Assembly: GCA_964444385.1 (NCBI GenBank)
Contig: CAYUHD010000002.1
Location: forward strand, 1 to 59,608
Length of the DNA stretch: 59,608 nt
Source: an uncultured Gammaproteobacteria bacterium
Lineage (GTDB): Bacteria; Pseudomonadota; Gammaproteobacteria; Magnimaribacterales; D2472
Reading direction: 5' to 3'
How positions within the stretch are numbered: the stretch's first letter is position 1; the number at the start of each line of letters is the position of its first letter. Both the position numbers and the translations under genes were made by a program. Below, piece after piece: positions 24,731 through 34,666 of the stretch. The notes beneath the pieces were generated by a model. That model saw nothing but the letters and a program-made list of their open reading frames with translations. It ran no database searches and was not told the DNA's origin.

Positions 24731-25651
24731 ATGTTTCTAAATACTGACTCAAAATTTATTTGGCTTAATGGTAGTTTTCAGCCATTTAATGAGACAAATA
24801 CTCATCTTCTATCCAATACTTTGCATTATGGAATGGGTGTTTTTGAAGGTTTGCGTGCATATGAAACTATTAATGGAGGCGCTATTTTTAGACTGCATGA
24901 TCATACAAAAAGAATGTTTGACGCTGCCTCAAAAATTAACATCACTATTCCTTATTCCATTGAAGAGTTATGTCAAGCACAAAGAGACTCAATGTCTAAG
25001 AATAACCTTAATGAAGGTTATATCAGACCAATTGTTTTTTTAGGGAATGAATCTATGGGTTTAAGATCACAAGATTCACTTTCTGTAAATGTTGCCATTG
25101 CATGCTGGGAATGGCCCTCATATATGGATCCTGAGGCAAAGAAAAATGGTATTTCAGTTATCAAATCTCCATTTCATCAATATAACAACCCCTTATATTC
25201 AAATAATAAAATTATTGGTACATATGTGAATTCAATTATGGCAGTTAATGATGCAATTTCTAAAGGAGCTGAAGAGGCAATACTAATGGATAAAAATGGT
25301 TATATTTCTGAGGGAAGCGGAGAAAATATCTTTATAGTAAAAAACTCTAAATTAATGACTCCAACAACAGATTTTTGTTTAAATGGGATCACTAGGCAAA
25401 GCGTAATATCTATTGCTGAAAATCTTAACTATGTAGTTGAAGAAAAAAATCTTACTTTTGATGACTTACTAAATGCTGATGAAGCTTTTTATTCAGGAAC
25501 TGCTGTTGAAATTATTCCAGTAACAACTGTTAACGGATCAAAAATTGGTTCAGGCTCTATTGGATTAATTACAGAGATTCTTCAAAAAAAATATTCTGAG
25601 ATAGTCTGTGGTCAAGATGAAAACTACTCAGATTGGCTCACCTCAATTTAA
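24731..25651 (+). CDS. ilvE: Branched-chain amino acid aminotransferase
   Basis: 306 aa. Class IV aminotransferase features (HYGMGVFEGLRAY, EGSGENIF, GITR). Confidence 0.9.
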   Translation: MFLNTDSKFIWLNGSFQPFNETNTHLLSNTLHYGMGVFEGLRAYETINGGAIFRLHDHTKRMFDAASKINITIPYSIEELCQAQRDSMSKNNLNEGYIRPIVFLGNESMGLRSQDSLSVNVAIACWEWPSYMDPEAKKNGISVIKSPFHQYNNPLYSNNKIIGTYVNSIMAVNDAISKGAEEAILMDKNGYISEGSGENIFIVKNSKLMTPTTDFCLNGITRQSVISIAENLNYVVEEKNLTFDDLLNADEAFYSGTAVEIIPVTTVNGSKIGSGSIGLITEILQKKYSEIVCGQDENYSDWLTSI

Positions 25652-26909
25652 TCTTAAATTTACATTGAACCAGAAATTAAATATTGCTATATCTAGCTAT
25701 CGCAGCGCCCCATTTAGTGGAGGTCAAGGTATATTTGTTTATGAATTATCTAAAGCTTTACAGGCTTTGGGTCACAAGGTAGATATCATCTCTGGCCCTC
25801 CATATCCTAGTTTGGAACCAGAGATAAGCCTAATCAAATCTCCTGGATTGGATTTATTCAGTACGTTTGTATTTAAAGAAAGACTTTTACTTTTTAAAAA
25901 TAAAAAAAATAAATCTCTAGATGACTGGTATGAGTTTTTTTCTGCTTTTTTAGGAGGTTTTCCAGAAATAAAAACATTTGGCAACAGGATAAGAGATTTA
26001 CTTGATGAATCGTCCTATGACATAGTGATTGATAATCAATCAATTAGCTATGGAATTCTTCAGGCCCAGGAAAATATACCAGTAATTGAAATTGTTCATC
26101 ATCCAATTACAAAAGATTATGAATATGATCTTCAATTTTCTAGAGGCATAATTCAAAAACTTTCTAAGTGGCGATGGTTCTCTTTTTTAAAAATGCAAAA
26201 AAGGGTTGCATCAAAGCTACATGTTATTTCTACACCATCATTAAATTCAAAAAAAGATATTGAGAAAGACTTTAATGTTCCGAGAGAGAACATTGTTGTT
26301 ATTCCAAATGGGATCGATCATATAAAATTTTCTCCTAAAAATAGTATCAATAGAACGAAGGGGCAATTAATTACAACAGCAAGTGCTGATGTCCCTCTTA
26401 AGGGATTGGATTTCACCTTGAAAGCTATTGCCTTATTAAAAGAAGATTTTCCTCAAGTTAGGCTTATAGTAATTGGTGCCCCAAGACTGGGTGGCCATAC
26501 AGAACGCCTTATACAAAAATTAAAAATAGAGGCTAATATTGTATATAAAAGTAATTTAACAAAAGAAGAAATTGCAATCGAGTACGCTCAAAGTAATATA
26601 GCAATTGTGAGCTCGCTTTATGAGGGATTTGGTTTCCCGGTGGGCGAGGCAATGGCATGTGGAATTCCGTTAATTGCTACTAATGTTGCGTCTATCCCCG
26701 AAATTACTAACATTTTTGCTGAGCTAATTCCTGCTAGAGATTCAAAAAGTATTGAGTTAGCGATAAGGAATATTTTATCTAATCCTTCAAAATATCAGAT
26801 TAGAGCTGACGCTGGCAGAGAATATATAATAGAGAACTTTGATTGGCAAAAAATTGCAAAGTCGTATGAGAGTTTAATTTTTCAAACAATAGAAGAATTT
26901 AAATGTTAA
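25617..26909 (+). CDS. Glycosyltransferase family 4 (GT-B, group 1); start uncertain
   Basis: About 430 aa. N-terminal NIAISSYRSAPFSGGQGIFVYELSKAL and C-terminal EGFGFPVGEAMACGIPLIAT (E-x7-E region). Candidate starts are GTG 25608, ATG 25617 and TTG 25665. The first two overlap the ilvE end. Confidence 0.8.
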   Translation: MKTTQIGSPQFNLKFTLNQKLNIAISSYRSAPFSGGQGIFVYELSKALQALGHKVDIISGPPYPSLEPEISLIKSPGLDLFSTFVFKERLLLFKNKKNKSLDDWYEFFSAFLGGFPEIKTFGNRIRDLLDESSYDIVIDNQSISYGILQAQENIPVIEIVHHPITKDYEYDLQFSRGIIQKLSKWRWFSFLKMQKRVASKLHVISTPSLNSKKDIEKDFNVPRENIVVIPNGIDHIKFSPKNSINRTKGQLITTASADVPLKGLDFTLKAIALLKEDFPQVRLIVIGAPRLGGHTERLIQKLKIEANIVYKSNLTKEEIAIEYAQSNIAIVSSLYEGFGFPVGEAMACGIPLIATNVASIPEITNIFAELIPARDSKSIELAIRNILSNPSKYQIRADAGREYIIENFDWQKIAKSYESLIFQTIEEFKC

Positions 26910-27607
26910 CTTTTAATTTAAAAAAAATTCATCTTCTAGCTCAGTCAAAAGTTCTAGATGTTGGGTGTGGGGAGGGGCGTCATATTTTTGGTTCCTTGAA
27001 CGCGTATAAAGATGTTTATTGTATTGGGTTAGATGAGGACATTCCTTCGCTTGATAAATGCAAAGAAGGCCTAGAGTTTTTTGAAGAGCTTGATTCTGGC
27101 ACAACAGTTTTTTTGCAGGGTTCTGTATATAAGCTACCATTTGAAGATAATAGCTTTGATCTTGTTATCTGTTCTGAGGTTTTAGAGCATCTTGAAGATT
27201 ATCTTGCTGCAATTAATGAAATTTATAGAGTCTTAAAACCTGAAGGTAAATTTTTGCTAAGTGTTCCATCATATTGGCCTGAGAAAATATGTTGGACTAT
27301 TTCAACAGAATACCAAAACATGCCTGGTGGACATGTAAGAATTTTTAAGAAGCGAACAGTTATAAATGAAATTATTAATCATGGATTTGAGTATGACCGC
27401 TCGGAGAGATTCCATGGTTTGCATAGTGCCTATTGGTGGCTTCGATGCATTTTTTGGAAGAACCAAGAGTCAAATTTTCTGGTTAAGATCTATAAAAAAT
27501 TTCTTGAATATCAGATTCTTAAAAATCCCACATGGCTAAATAATTTAGAAAAAGTTATTAATCCAATCTTTGGAAAAAGCATTGCATTTTATTTTGAAAA
27601 GAGATGA
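26903..27607 (+). CDS. Class I SAM-dependent methyltransferase (type 11)
   Basis: 234 aa. SAM motif I VLDVGCGEGRH and acidic loop LVICSEVLEHL. The start overlaps the GT4 stop (ATGTTAA). Confidence 0.8.
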   Translation: MLTFNLKKIHLLAQSKVLDVGCGEGRHIFGSLNAYKDVYCIGLDEDIPSLDKCKEGLEFFEELDSGTTVFLQGSVYKLPFEDNSFDLVICSEVLEHLEDYLAAINEIYRVLKPEGKFLLSVPSYWPEKICWTISTEYQNMPGGHVRIFKKRTVINEIINHGFEYDRSERFHGLHSAYWWLRCIFWKNQESNFLVKIYKKFLEYQILKNPTWLNNLEKVINPIFGKSIAFYFEKR

Positions 27608-28647
27608 AAAAGTTTCCCAATTTATCTTACATTGATCCCAACTCTTTATCTGGATTGGGGCTTTTAGGTAAGTTTTTAGAGGATACTCAACTTGTTTCTG
27701 GTGCCATTCCCTCTAATCAGGATGGCTCTCATGATCCTTGGGACCATCTTGAATCTGTAATGGGCTTGTCTACTTTAGGGTATAAATCTCAGGCCCTCAA
27801 GGGTCTTGATTGGATGGCCACAAATCAAAATAAAGATGGAAGTTGGTATAACTTATATGATAATAACAAACCATTAGAGCCCAATAAGCAAACTAATTAT
27901 GCATCATACATTGCAGTTGCTGTATGGCATTTTTATTTGTTGAATCAAGAAATTAATTTTCTTAAAAGATTTTGGGAGCCAGTTAAAAAAGGTATATTGT
28001 TTTCTCTTTCTCTTCAAAATATTAATGGAGCAATTGCATGGAATATAGATGAATCATCAAAGATTGATGAAGACTATCTTTTAACTGGATGTAGCTCGAT
28101 TGCTAAAAGTATCGAATGTGCAATAGCTATTTGCCAAGCGTTAGGACGTAAAGATTATGAAGAAGAATGGAAGATTGCTCGTTCTAAATTACTAGCAACA
28201 CTTGAAAATCCAGCTGAAATTTTTGATCTAAAAAAAGATCGTAGTAGGTTTTCTATGGACTGGTATTATCCAATTTTAGGTGGAATAAATTCAGAAAATA
28301 GAATTACGTCGCTTACAACAAAGATTAAAGATTCTTTTTGGGTTAAAGACCTTGGAATAAAGTGTGTTTCAGATGAACCGTGGATTACTGTTGCTGAGAC
28401 ATGCGAGTGCTCTATAGCATTCAAAAAAATTGGGGAACATAAGTTAGCATCTGAGCTTTTGCAAAACGCTATTTCAATAGTGGATCCTGCAGGCATACCT
28501 TACATGGGTTGGCAATTTCATGAAAATATTTACTGGCCAGAAGAAACACCATCATGGACATCGGCAGCATGCATTCTTGCAGCTGATGCGAACAACAAAC
28601 TGACTGATGCATGCAATTTATTTATTCAAAAGCAATTTAAGTTTTAG
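27604..28647 (+). CDS. Prenyltransferase/squalene-oxidase-repeat-like alpha/alpha-toroid protein of unknown function
   Basis: 347 aa. Repeated DGSW/NGAI-type motifs (SGAIPSNQDGSHDPWDHLESVMGL, QNKDGSWYN, NINGAIAWN, RFSMDWYYPILGG). ATGA overlap with the upstream methyltransferase. Assignment is by pattern memory only. Confidence 0.45.
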   Translation: MKKFPNLSYIDPNSLSGLGLLGKFLEDTQLVSGAIPSNQDGSHDPWDHLESVMGLSTLGYKSQALKGLDWMATNQNKDGSWYNLYDNNKPLEPNKQTNYASYIAVAVWHFYLLNQEINFLKRFWEPVKKGILFSLSLQNINGAIAWNIDESSKIDEDYLLTGCSSIAKSIECAIAICQALGRKDYEEEWKIARSKLLATLENPAEIFDLKKDRSRFSMDWYYPILGGINSENRITSLTTKIKDSFWVKDLGIKCVSDEPWITVAETCECSIAFKKIGEHKLASELLQNAISIVDPAGIPYMGWQFHENIYWPEETPSWTSAACILAADANNKLTDACNLFIQKQFKF

Positions 28648-29242
28648 TTAAGCAAACAATCGTATCAACTCTTTCATATAGAAGAAAACCTTCCTGCAAA
28701 GCTTTTTGATAAATTAAATATGGCGCTTGCCCACCTTCTTCCGGCTTTTCATAAATATCGTGTATTACTAATGCTCCTTTGGAATGAATTTTTGAGCTCC
28801 AATTGTCATAGTCATTCATTGCTGAAACTTCTGTATGACTACCATCTATAAACAAAAGGCCTAATTTTGTTTTCCAGCTAGGCGCTAAAGAATTTGCATT
28901 TGCGATAATTGGAATCACCCATTTACTCTCATCAAATTGCTGGAGATTTGATTGCATCAAGGGCACTGTATTGACTCGACCCATTTTTTTATCATAAATA
29001 TCTGAATCAAAATATTCTTCACCCAACTGATGCTCTTCAGATCCAGAATGATGATCAACTGTATAAATTAGCTGATCATTAATTGCAGTACCTGCGGCTA
29101 TATAAAGAGAAGACTTGGCACCAAATGTACCGATTTCAAGAGCAGGGCCAAAAATAGAAAATTCTTCAGCCCATTTTGTTAATGCCAAACCTTCGTTCCT
29201 AGGCATAAATCCTTTTATAGTATCTAATCTGTCAAAGTCCAT
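28637..29242 (-). CDS. Class I SAM-dependent methyltransferase (Methyltransf_24 / CmcI-like)
   Basis: 201 aa. ALEIGTFGAKSSLYIA (motif I-like) and LLFIDGSHTEVSAMNDY…GALVIHDI. The start lies 2 nt after the lpxL stop, so it is probably co-transcribed with lpxL. Confidence 0.6.
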   Translation of the reverse strand: MDFDRLDTIKGFMPRNEGLALTKWAEEFSIFGPALEIGTFGAKSSLYIAAGTAINDQLIYTVDHHSGSEEHQLGEEYFDSDIYDKKMGRVNTVPLMQSNLQQFDESKWVIPIIANANSLAPSWKTKLGLLFIDGSHTEVSAMNDYDNWSSKIHSKGALVIHDIYEKPEEGGQAPYLIYQKALQEGFLLYERVDTIVCLTKT

Positions 29243-29244
29243 AT

Positions 29245-30099
29245 TTATTTATAAAAGTTTTTTCCTAAAGTAGACTTAAATCTCCTATGCGACCATAGAT
29301 ATTCAGCTGGGTGTTGAAGAATTTTCTCTTCTATTACATTGTTTATTTTTTGGGCAAGCTCAATTGAATCTAGTTCCATAGGGTTAATTGATTCTAACTT
29401 AAGAATGATTTTATCGTCTTTATAATTTGAGTTCATAAACAATAAATTACAATTGGTTATATCAATGATTTTTTTAAGTGTTGTGATGGTTGCTGTTTCC
29501 TGATTAAAAAACTTTAATTTAGCAGAATGCTTCCACCCATAATCTTGATCAATTGCATACATAACATTCTTTCCATTTTTTAGCCATTTCATAAATTTCC
29601 TTGGATTATTTTTATCGGCAGTACCCTTCATGCTTGAAAGTCGACCATTTTCTTGGATTTTATTCATTGAGACAGAATTGTGTGATCTACTGACTCCATA
29701 TATTGGGGTGTTCATCGCTAATAGACGAGCATCTAATTCAAGGTGTTGGGAGTGTTTGAATATTATCAAATTGCCTTTGATAGCTACACTCTTAGTCAAA
29801 AGATCTAAATCAATAATTTCATAATCAATTAAATTTTGTATCTTTTCATCTGACCAAAACCATGCAATGCCTGTTTCGATTATTGATCTCCCTAATAACA
29901 TAAAATTTTTCTTCAAAAGATCTTTTTGTTCTGTTTTTGATAAATTTGGAAAACATACCTTAAGGTTTGCTTGGGCTATTTTTTTTCTACCTTTTGCAGC
30001 GACGAACAAAAGATTTCCAAATATTCTTCCAATTGCTTGGTGCAATGAAGTTGGTAGATAGCAAAGACCTTGCCATAATGTCATTATTATTCTGATCAA
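29245..30099 (-). CDS. lpxL: Lipid A biosynthesis late (lauroyl/myristoyl) acyltransferase
   Basis: 284 aa. LpxL/HtrB family features (ANLKVCFP…, H-x4-D/E-type FKHSQHLELD). The start is TTG at 30099 or ATG at 30084. Confidence 0.8.
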   Translation of the reverse strand: MIRIIMTLWQGLCYLPTSLHQAIGRIFGNLLFVAAKGRKKIAQANLKVCFPNLSKTEQKDLLKKNFMLLGRSIIETGIAWFWSDEKIQNLIDYEIIDLDLLTKSVAIKGNLIIFKHSQHLELDARLLAMNTPIYGVSRSHNSVSMNKIQENGRLSSMKGTADKNNPRKFMKWLKNGKNVMYAIDQDYGWKHSAKLKFFNQETATITTLKKIIDITNCNLLFMNSNYKDDKIILKLESINPMELDSIELAQKINNVIEEKILQHPAEYLWSHRRFKSTLGKNFYK

Positions 30100-30160
30100 T
30101 ATTATGAGTACATAAAAATTAAAGAATGTATTATTACATTAATTTAAATATACCTTTGTT

Positions 30161-31396
30161 ATGAAGTTGGTAATTTACAATCTATTAATTTTAATGCTTA
30201 CACCAGTATTTGCATTAAGGATCCTTTTCAAGAGTCTTTCTGACTCAGATTACAGGAATCATTTTCTTAATAGATTTGGATATAGTTTGAGCCCTATTAC
30301 TCAAAAAAATAAAAAAGTAATTTGGTTTCATGCCGTTAGCTTAGGAGAGGTTATAGGTTCACAGGGCATTATTAAAAAACTCTCAGAACACTTTGACATT
30401 GTGCTAACAACTACAACCCCCACAGGACTCAGAAGAGCAAAGGAACTGTTTGATGATAATGTAATAATTAATTATGCACCTTGGGATTTTGTTGTATTCG
30501 TAAATAGTTTTATAAATTTTTATAAGCCTGATGCAATCTTAATTTTTGAAACAGAAATATGGCCATCTATGATTTCTAAGGCATTTAAAAATAATATTCC
30601 TTTGTATTTAATAAATGGCAGACTTAGTCATAAGTCTTATCAAGCATATGTAATGTCATCATGGTTTTTAAAAGATATTCTGAAGTTAATAACTTTTTCT
30701 TTTGTTCAAACTAGTAAACATAGGGAACGCTTTTTAAAGCTTGGAGTCCATCAGGATAAGGTCAAAACTGTAGGTTCAGTTAAATTTGACCTTCCTGGGT
30801 TAGATATTAAGCCAATTGAAAGCAATTCTTTTATTTTGGGGGCCAGCACTCATCTAGGAGAAGAGGAGTTGATGTTGAATGCATATAGCAAGTTATCTAG
30901 AAAACAAGACTTAAAATTATATCTTTGTCCCAGGCATCCAGATCGTGCTGAGCAGATTACCAAGCAGGCATCTTTGAAGGGGTTTAGAACCGAACTATTC
31001 TCAAAGCTTAGTTCTCAAATTTTCGATGTTTGCATCATTGATAGAATCGGATTATTGCCAAGTTTTTATGCATCTGCTTCAATGGCATTTGTTGGCGGAA
31101 GTCTAGTGCCCAGAGGAGGCCATAATTTAATTGAGCCAGCAGCTTTAGGTTCTCCTATTATTATCGGCCCTCATACATTTAATTTCGAAGATATTGTCAA
31201 AAAATTTATTGAAAATCAGGCATGTATAAAAGTATTAAATGAAGATGAATTGCTAGCTGCAATGGAGTTGCTTGCCACTGATTCAGAAGCAGCCAACCAA
31301 TATGCACTAAAAGCTAAAGAGGTTGTTAAGAAAAATAAAGGCTCAACAGAGATTCAAGCTTCTTATATAATTAGCGAATTAGGAGAAACAAATTGA
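30161..31396 (+). CDS. waaA: 3-deoxy-D-manno-octulosonic acid (Kdo) transferase
   Basis: 411 aa. N-terminal TM segment, [12 protein letters not shown] signature and C-terminal [16 protein letters not shown]. Confidence 0.9.
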   Translation: MKLVIYNLLILMLTPVFALRILFKSLSDSDYRNHFLNRFGYSLSPITQKNKKVIWFHAVSLGEVIGSQGIIKKLSEHFDIVLTTTTPTGLRRAKELFDDNVIINYAPWDFVVFVNSFINFYKPDAILIFETEIWPSMISKAFKNNIPLYLINGRLSHKSYQAYVMSSWFLKDILKLITFSFVQTSKHRERFLKLGVHQDKVKTVGSVKFDLPGLDIKPIESNSFILGASTHLGEEELMLNAYSKLSRKQDLKLYLCPRHPDRAEQITKQASLKGFRTELFSKLSSQIFDVCIIDRIGLLPSFYASASMAFVGGSLVPRGGHNLIEPAALGSPIIIGPHTFNFEDIVKKFIENQACIKVLNEDELLAAMELLATDSEAANQYALKAKEVVKKNKGSTEIQASYIISELGETN

Positions 31397-31731
31397 AGCT
31401 TGTAACAGCCATTATTAAGCCTTTTAAGTTAGAAGAAGTTCGTCAGTCGCTCGATTTGATTGGTATCACTGGGATGACGATTACAGAGGTGAAAGGATTT
31501 GGAAGACAAAAAGGGCACACAGAACTATATCGAGGGGCTGAATACGTAATAGATTTTTTGCCTAAAATTAAAGTAGAAATTGCCGTATCTTCTGACCAGC
31601 TTGATACAGCTATCGATGCGATTACTAAAAGTGCGAGCACTGGCAAGATCGGAGATGGAAAAATCTTTGTCTCATCACTTGATAAAGTAATTCGAATTAG
31701 AACAGGTGAGATTGACCAAGACGCAATTTAA
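31393..31731 (+). CDS. glnB: Nitrogen regulatory protein P-II
   Basis: 112 aa. [16 protein letters not shown]…[17 protein letters not shown] with the T-loop Tyr51 context. TTG start overlaps the waaA stop (ATTGA). AGGAG SD 7 nt upstream. Confidence 0.9.
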   Translation: MKLVTAIIKPFKLEEVRQSLDLIGITGMTITEVKGFGRQKGHTELYRGAEYVIDFLPKIKVEIAVSSDQLDTAIDAITKSASTGKIGDGKIFVSSLDKVIRIRTGEIDQDAI

Positions 31732-31738
31732 AAAATAA

Positions 31739-32692
31739 TTGAAAGTTATTAAGAAACCTATCATATTTTTGTTAGGCCCCACCGCAGCAGGGAAAACTGA
31801 CTGGGCTATAAGTTGGCAAAAGCAATTTGATGAACTTGAAATTATAAGCGTAGATTCTGTGATGGTTTATAAAGAATGTAATATTGGATCTGCCAAACCA
31901 TCAGATGAAGTCCTAAAAAATCATCTACATCATTTAGTTAATCATGTTTCTTTAGATTGTATTTTTTCTGTAGCAGATTTTTACTATTCTTCCCTTCAAT
32001 TAATTGAAGAAATTCATGCTCGAGATAAAATCCCATTAATGGTTGGAGGAAGTATGATGTATTTTAATCTTTTGAAGAATGGAATTAGCTCCCTACCATC
32101 TGCCAACAGACTTCTTCGGGAAGAACTAGAAGACAAAATTATTAAAGAGGGAGTAGAAAATCTATATGCAGACCTGCAAAGACTTGATCCAGATGCTGCA
32201 AAAGATATTAAACCCCAAGACTCTCAGCGAATTATTAGGGTAATTGAGATCATAACTTCAACAGGCAAGAGTTTGGATGAAAATTTTTCAGCCTCAGAGC
32301 CAATTTTATTGAAAGAAAAATATAACTTAATTGAGTATGGAATTTTTCCTAAGCAAAGAGCAGAACTTCACGCAAGGATAGAAGCAAGACAAGAAGCATT
32401 AGTTGGAGATAAATTACTTGAGGAAATATTTGAAATACAAGATTCTTTTAATATTTCTATTGAACATCCAGCGATGAAAGCTATAAATTATAGGCAGGGA
32501 TTACAAGTCATTAATGGGATGCTAAAAAAATCTGAATTATATGAGAAATCTCTCTTCGCCACTCGTCAATTTGCTAAAAGACAATGTACATGGATGAAGG
32601 GATGGGAAAATTTAGATTATTTTGATCTCCATCAGATAGGAGTTGCTACTGATGAGTTAAAAAAACAACTTAATTTACTTGAAATCGTTTAA
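31739..32692 (+). CDS. miaA: tRNA dimethylallyltransferase
   Basis: 317 aa. P-loop LLGPTAAGKT, SVDSVMVYKECNIGSAKP and QRIIRVIEI. TTG start. Confidence 0.9.
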   Translation: MKVIKKPIIFLLGPTAAGKTDWAISWQKQFDELEIISVDSVMVYKECNIGSAKPSDEVLKNHLHHLVNHVSLDCIFSVADFYYSSLQLIEEIHARDKIPLMVGGSMMYFNLLKNGISSLPSANRLLREELEDKIIKEGVENLYADLQRLDPDAAKDIKPQDSQRIIRVIEIITSTGKSLDENFSASEPILLKEKYNLIEYGIFPKQRAELHARIEARQEALVGDKLLEEIFEIQDSFNISIEHPAMKAINYRQGLQVINGMLKKSELYEKSLFATRQFAKRQCTWMKGWENLDYFDLHQIGVATDELKKQLNLLEIV

Positions 32693-32753
32693 TTCTAAGG
32701 ATTTAACCCCAAATTATACTTATAATTAAACTTTACACTTAATAGGTACCTAC

Positions 32754-33791
32754 GTGAATTGGGATAATCAAAACAATCAAGACCCTTGGGGCAGAAAAGA
32801 TCAAGATGAAGTCTCCTTTGATGATTTAATTAAAAAGTTTTCTATCATGTTTGGAAAGAAGGGCTCAGGATCAAATGGTTCTTCCGGTGGCAACGGATTC
32901 AACTTTCCAACAAAAAAAGCGTTTTTATATGGTTTCTTTGGACTCCTTGTTATTTATGCAAGTATGTCTATCTATCAGCTTGATTCCCCTGAAAGAGCAG
33001 TGGTTTTAAGATTTGGTGAATATCATGCTGAGACAGGCGAAGGTTTAAATTTTATGCTTGCTGGAATTGATGAGAGGTATGTTGAAAATGTTGCATTAAC
33101 CAGACGTTATTCCCAGACAGCTAATATGCTTACAAAAGATGAAAATTTAGTTGATGTGACTATCTCAGTTCAATATAGAATAAAAAATTTAAAAGATTTT
33201 GTTTTAAATGTTCGTGATCCTGAAAGCAGCTTAAGAGAAGCTTCAGAAAGTTCTTTGCGTCATGTGGTTGGAGATAATACGCTTGAGGAAACACTGACTA
33301 CTGGACGTGAGCAAATTGCTCAAGACGTAAGTTCAAGGCTTCAAAGTTATTTAGATCTATATGGCACAGGTCTTGTGGTCCAACAAGTCAACATAGAAAA
33401 AACAGATCCACCTTCAGCTGTCAAAGCATCTTTTGATGATGTGGTTGCCGCAAGAGAGGACAAAGAAAAATTACAAAATGAAGCAGATAGATATGGCCTT
33501 TCCATCGTCCCAGAAGCTAGAGGACAGGCATATGCCAGGATACAAGCTGCTGAAGCTTACAGAGAGGAGGTTGTTGCTAATGCAGAGGGTGAAGCTGTTC
33601 GTTTTGATAAATTATTAGATGAGTATCAAAAAGCACCAAAAGTTACTCGAGACAGACTTTATTTAGATGCGTTACAAGGGTTATATAGTAATTCAACTAA
33701 AGTATTGGTGGACGTAGAGGGAGGCAATAATTTAATGTATCTTCCGCTAGATAAAATTTTAGAGCAAAACAAACCTCAGGAGGAAGACTAA
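32754..33791 (+). CDS. hflK: FtsH protease modulator HflK (SPFH family)
   Basis: 345 aa. N-terminal NWDNQNNQDPWG, one TM segment and an SPFH/band-7 domain. GTG start. Confidence 0.85.
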   Translation: MNWDNQNNQDPWGRKDQDEVSFDDLIKKFSIMFGKKGSGSNGSSGGNGFNFPTKKAFLYGFFGLLVIYASMSIYQLDSPERAVVLRFGEYHAETGEGLNFMLAGIDERYVENVALTRRYSQTANMLTKDENLVDVTISVQYRIKNLKDFVLNVRDPESSLREASESSLRHVVGDNTLEETLTTGREQIAQDVSSRLQSYLDLYGTGLVVQQVNIEKTDPPSAVKASFDDVVAAREDKEKLQNEADRYGLSIVPEARGQAYARIQAAEAYREEVVANAEGEAVRFDKLLDEYQKAPKVTRDRLYLDALQGLYSNSTKVLVDVEGGNNLMYLPLDKILEQNKPQEED

Positions 33792-34660
33792 TGACTAAAG
33801 GAATGAATCTCTTAATTCTTGCTGGACTTATTATTGCGCTAATATTAAATAGTATTTTTGTTATAGATGAAAAAGAAGATGGAATTGTGTTTCAATTTGG
33901 TGAGGCTATTAGATCTGATATACCAACAGGTTTGAATTTCAAATTACCTATTATTCAAAACGTAAAAAAATATGATTCTAGACTACAAACCCTTGATGAG
34001 GAGCCAAATAGAATCTTAACGGTTGAGAGTAAGTATCTAATTGTTGATTCGTTTGTTAAATATCGCATCACTAATGTTCGGATTTTCTATGATGCAACAA
34101 GTGGAAGTTTCATTAATTTAAATAATCTGCTGGGACAAAGAACAGCATTTGAGTTAAAAAATCAATTTGGTAGAAGAACAGTAACCGAATTAGTCTCAGG
34201 TGAAAGAGATCAGTTAATGAGAGATATGCGTGAAAATTTAGGAAATTCTGTATCTGATTTAGGTATAGAAGTAATTGATTTTAGAGTTAAAAGAATTGAT
34301 TTGCCTCCTGAGTTGAGCAACTCTGTTTATGAAAGAATGCGCTCAGAAAGAAATAGGTTAGCAGAAGAGTTGCGTGCTGAAGGGAATGAGCTTTCAAACG
34401 AAATTCGATCTACTGCAGATAAAGAAAAAGTTATTATTTTGGCAGAAGCATATAAAACTTCTGAGCAAATCCGAGGAGATGGTGATGCTACAGCCGCAGC
34501 TATTTATGCTGAGTCATTCTCTAAAGATCCGGAGTTCTATGAATTTACTCGTAGCATGAAAGCCTATGATGCCACTTTTAATAATAAGTCAGATGTTTTG
34601 CTGATTGATCCTAAGTCAGATTTCTTTAAGTATCTAAATAAATCTAAAGGCAATAATTAA
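33791..34660 (+). CDS. hflC: FtsH protease modulator HflC (SPFH family)
   Basis: 289 aa. N-terminal TM segment and SPFH domain. GGAGGA SD. The start overlaps the hflK stop. Confidence 0.85.
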   Translation: MTKGMNLLILAGLIIALILNSIFVIDEKEDGIVFQFGEAIRSDIPTGLNFKLPIIQNVKKYDSRLQTLDEEPNRILTVESKYLIVDSFVKYRITNVRIFYDATSGSFINLNNLLGQRTAFELKNQFGRRTVTELVSGERDQLMRDMRENLGNSVSDLGIEVIDFRVKRIDLPPELSNSVYERMRSERNRLAEELRAEGNELSNEIRSTADKEKVIILAEAYKTSEQIRGDGDATAAAIYAESFSKDPEFYEFTRSMKAYDATFNNKSDVLLIDPKSDFFKYLNKSKGNN

Positions 34661-34666
34661 CATATT

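Noticed and set aside
25608-25664. The upstream GTG/ATG starts of the glycosyltransferase overlapping ilvE by 35-44 nt.
   Set aside because: Not rejected outright. However, the extra residues are not GT4-like, and a TTG at 25665 after the ilvE stop is an equally good start. No significance is attached to the overlap.
30125-30140. The palindrome AATGTA-TTAT-TACATT in the 61-bp lpxL/waaA divergent gap.
   Set aside because: Its arms are only 6 bp of pure A/T-rich sequence, which is expected by chance in this composition.
32754-34660. The SPFH pair (HflK/HflC) as a possible defence- or stress-island component.
   Set aside because: The canonical miaA … hflK-hflC-purA context and typical N-termini identify them as the housekeeping FtsH modulators.
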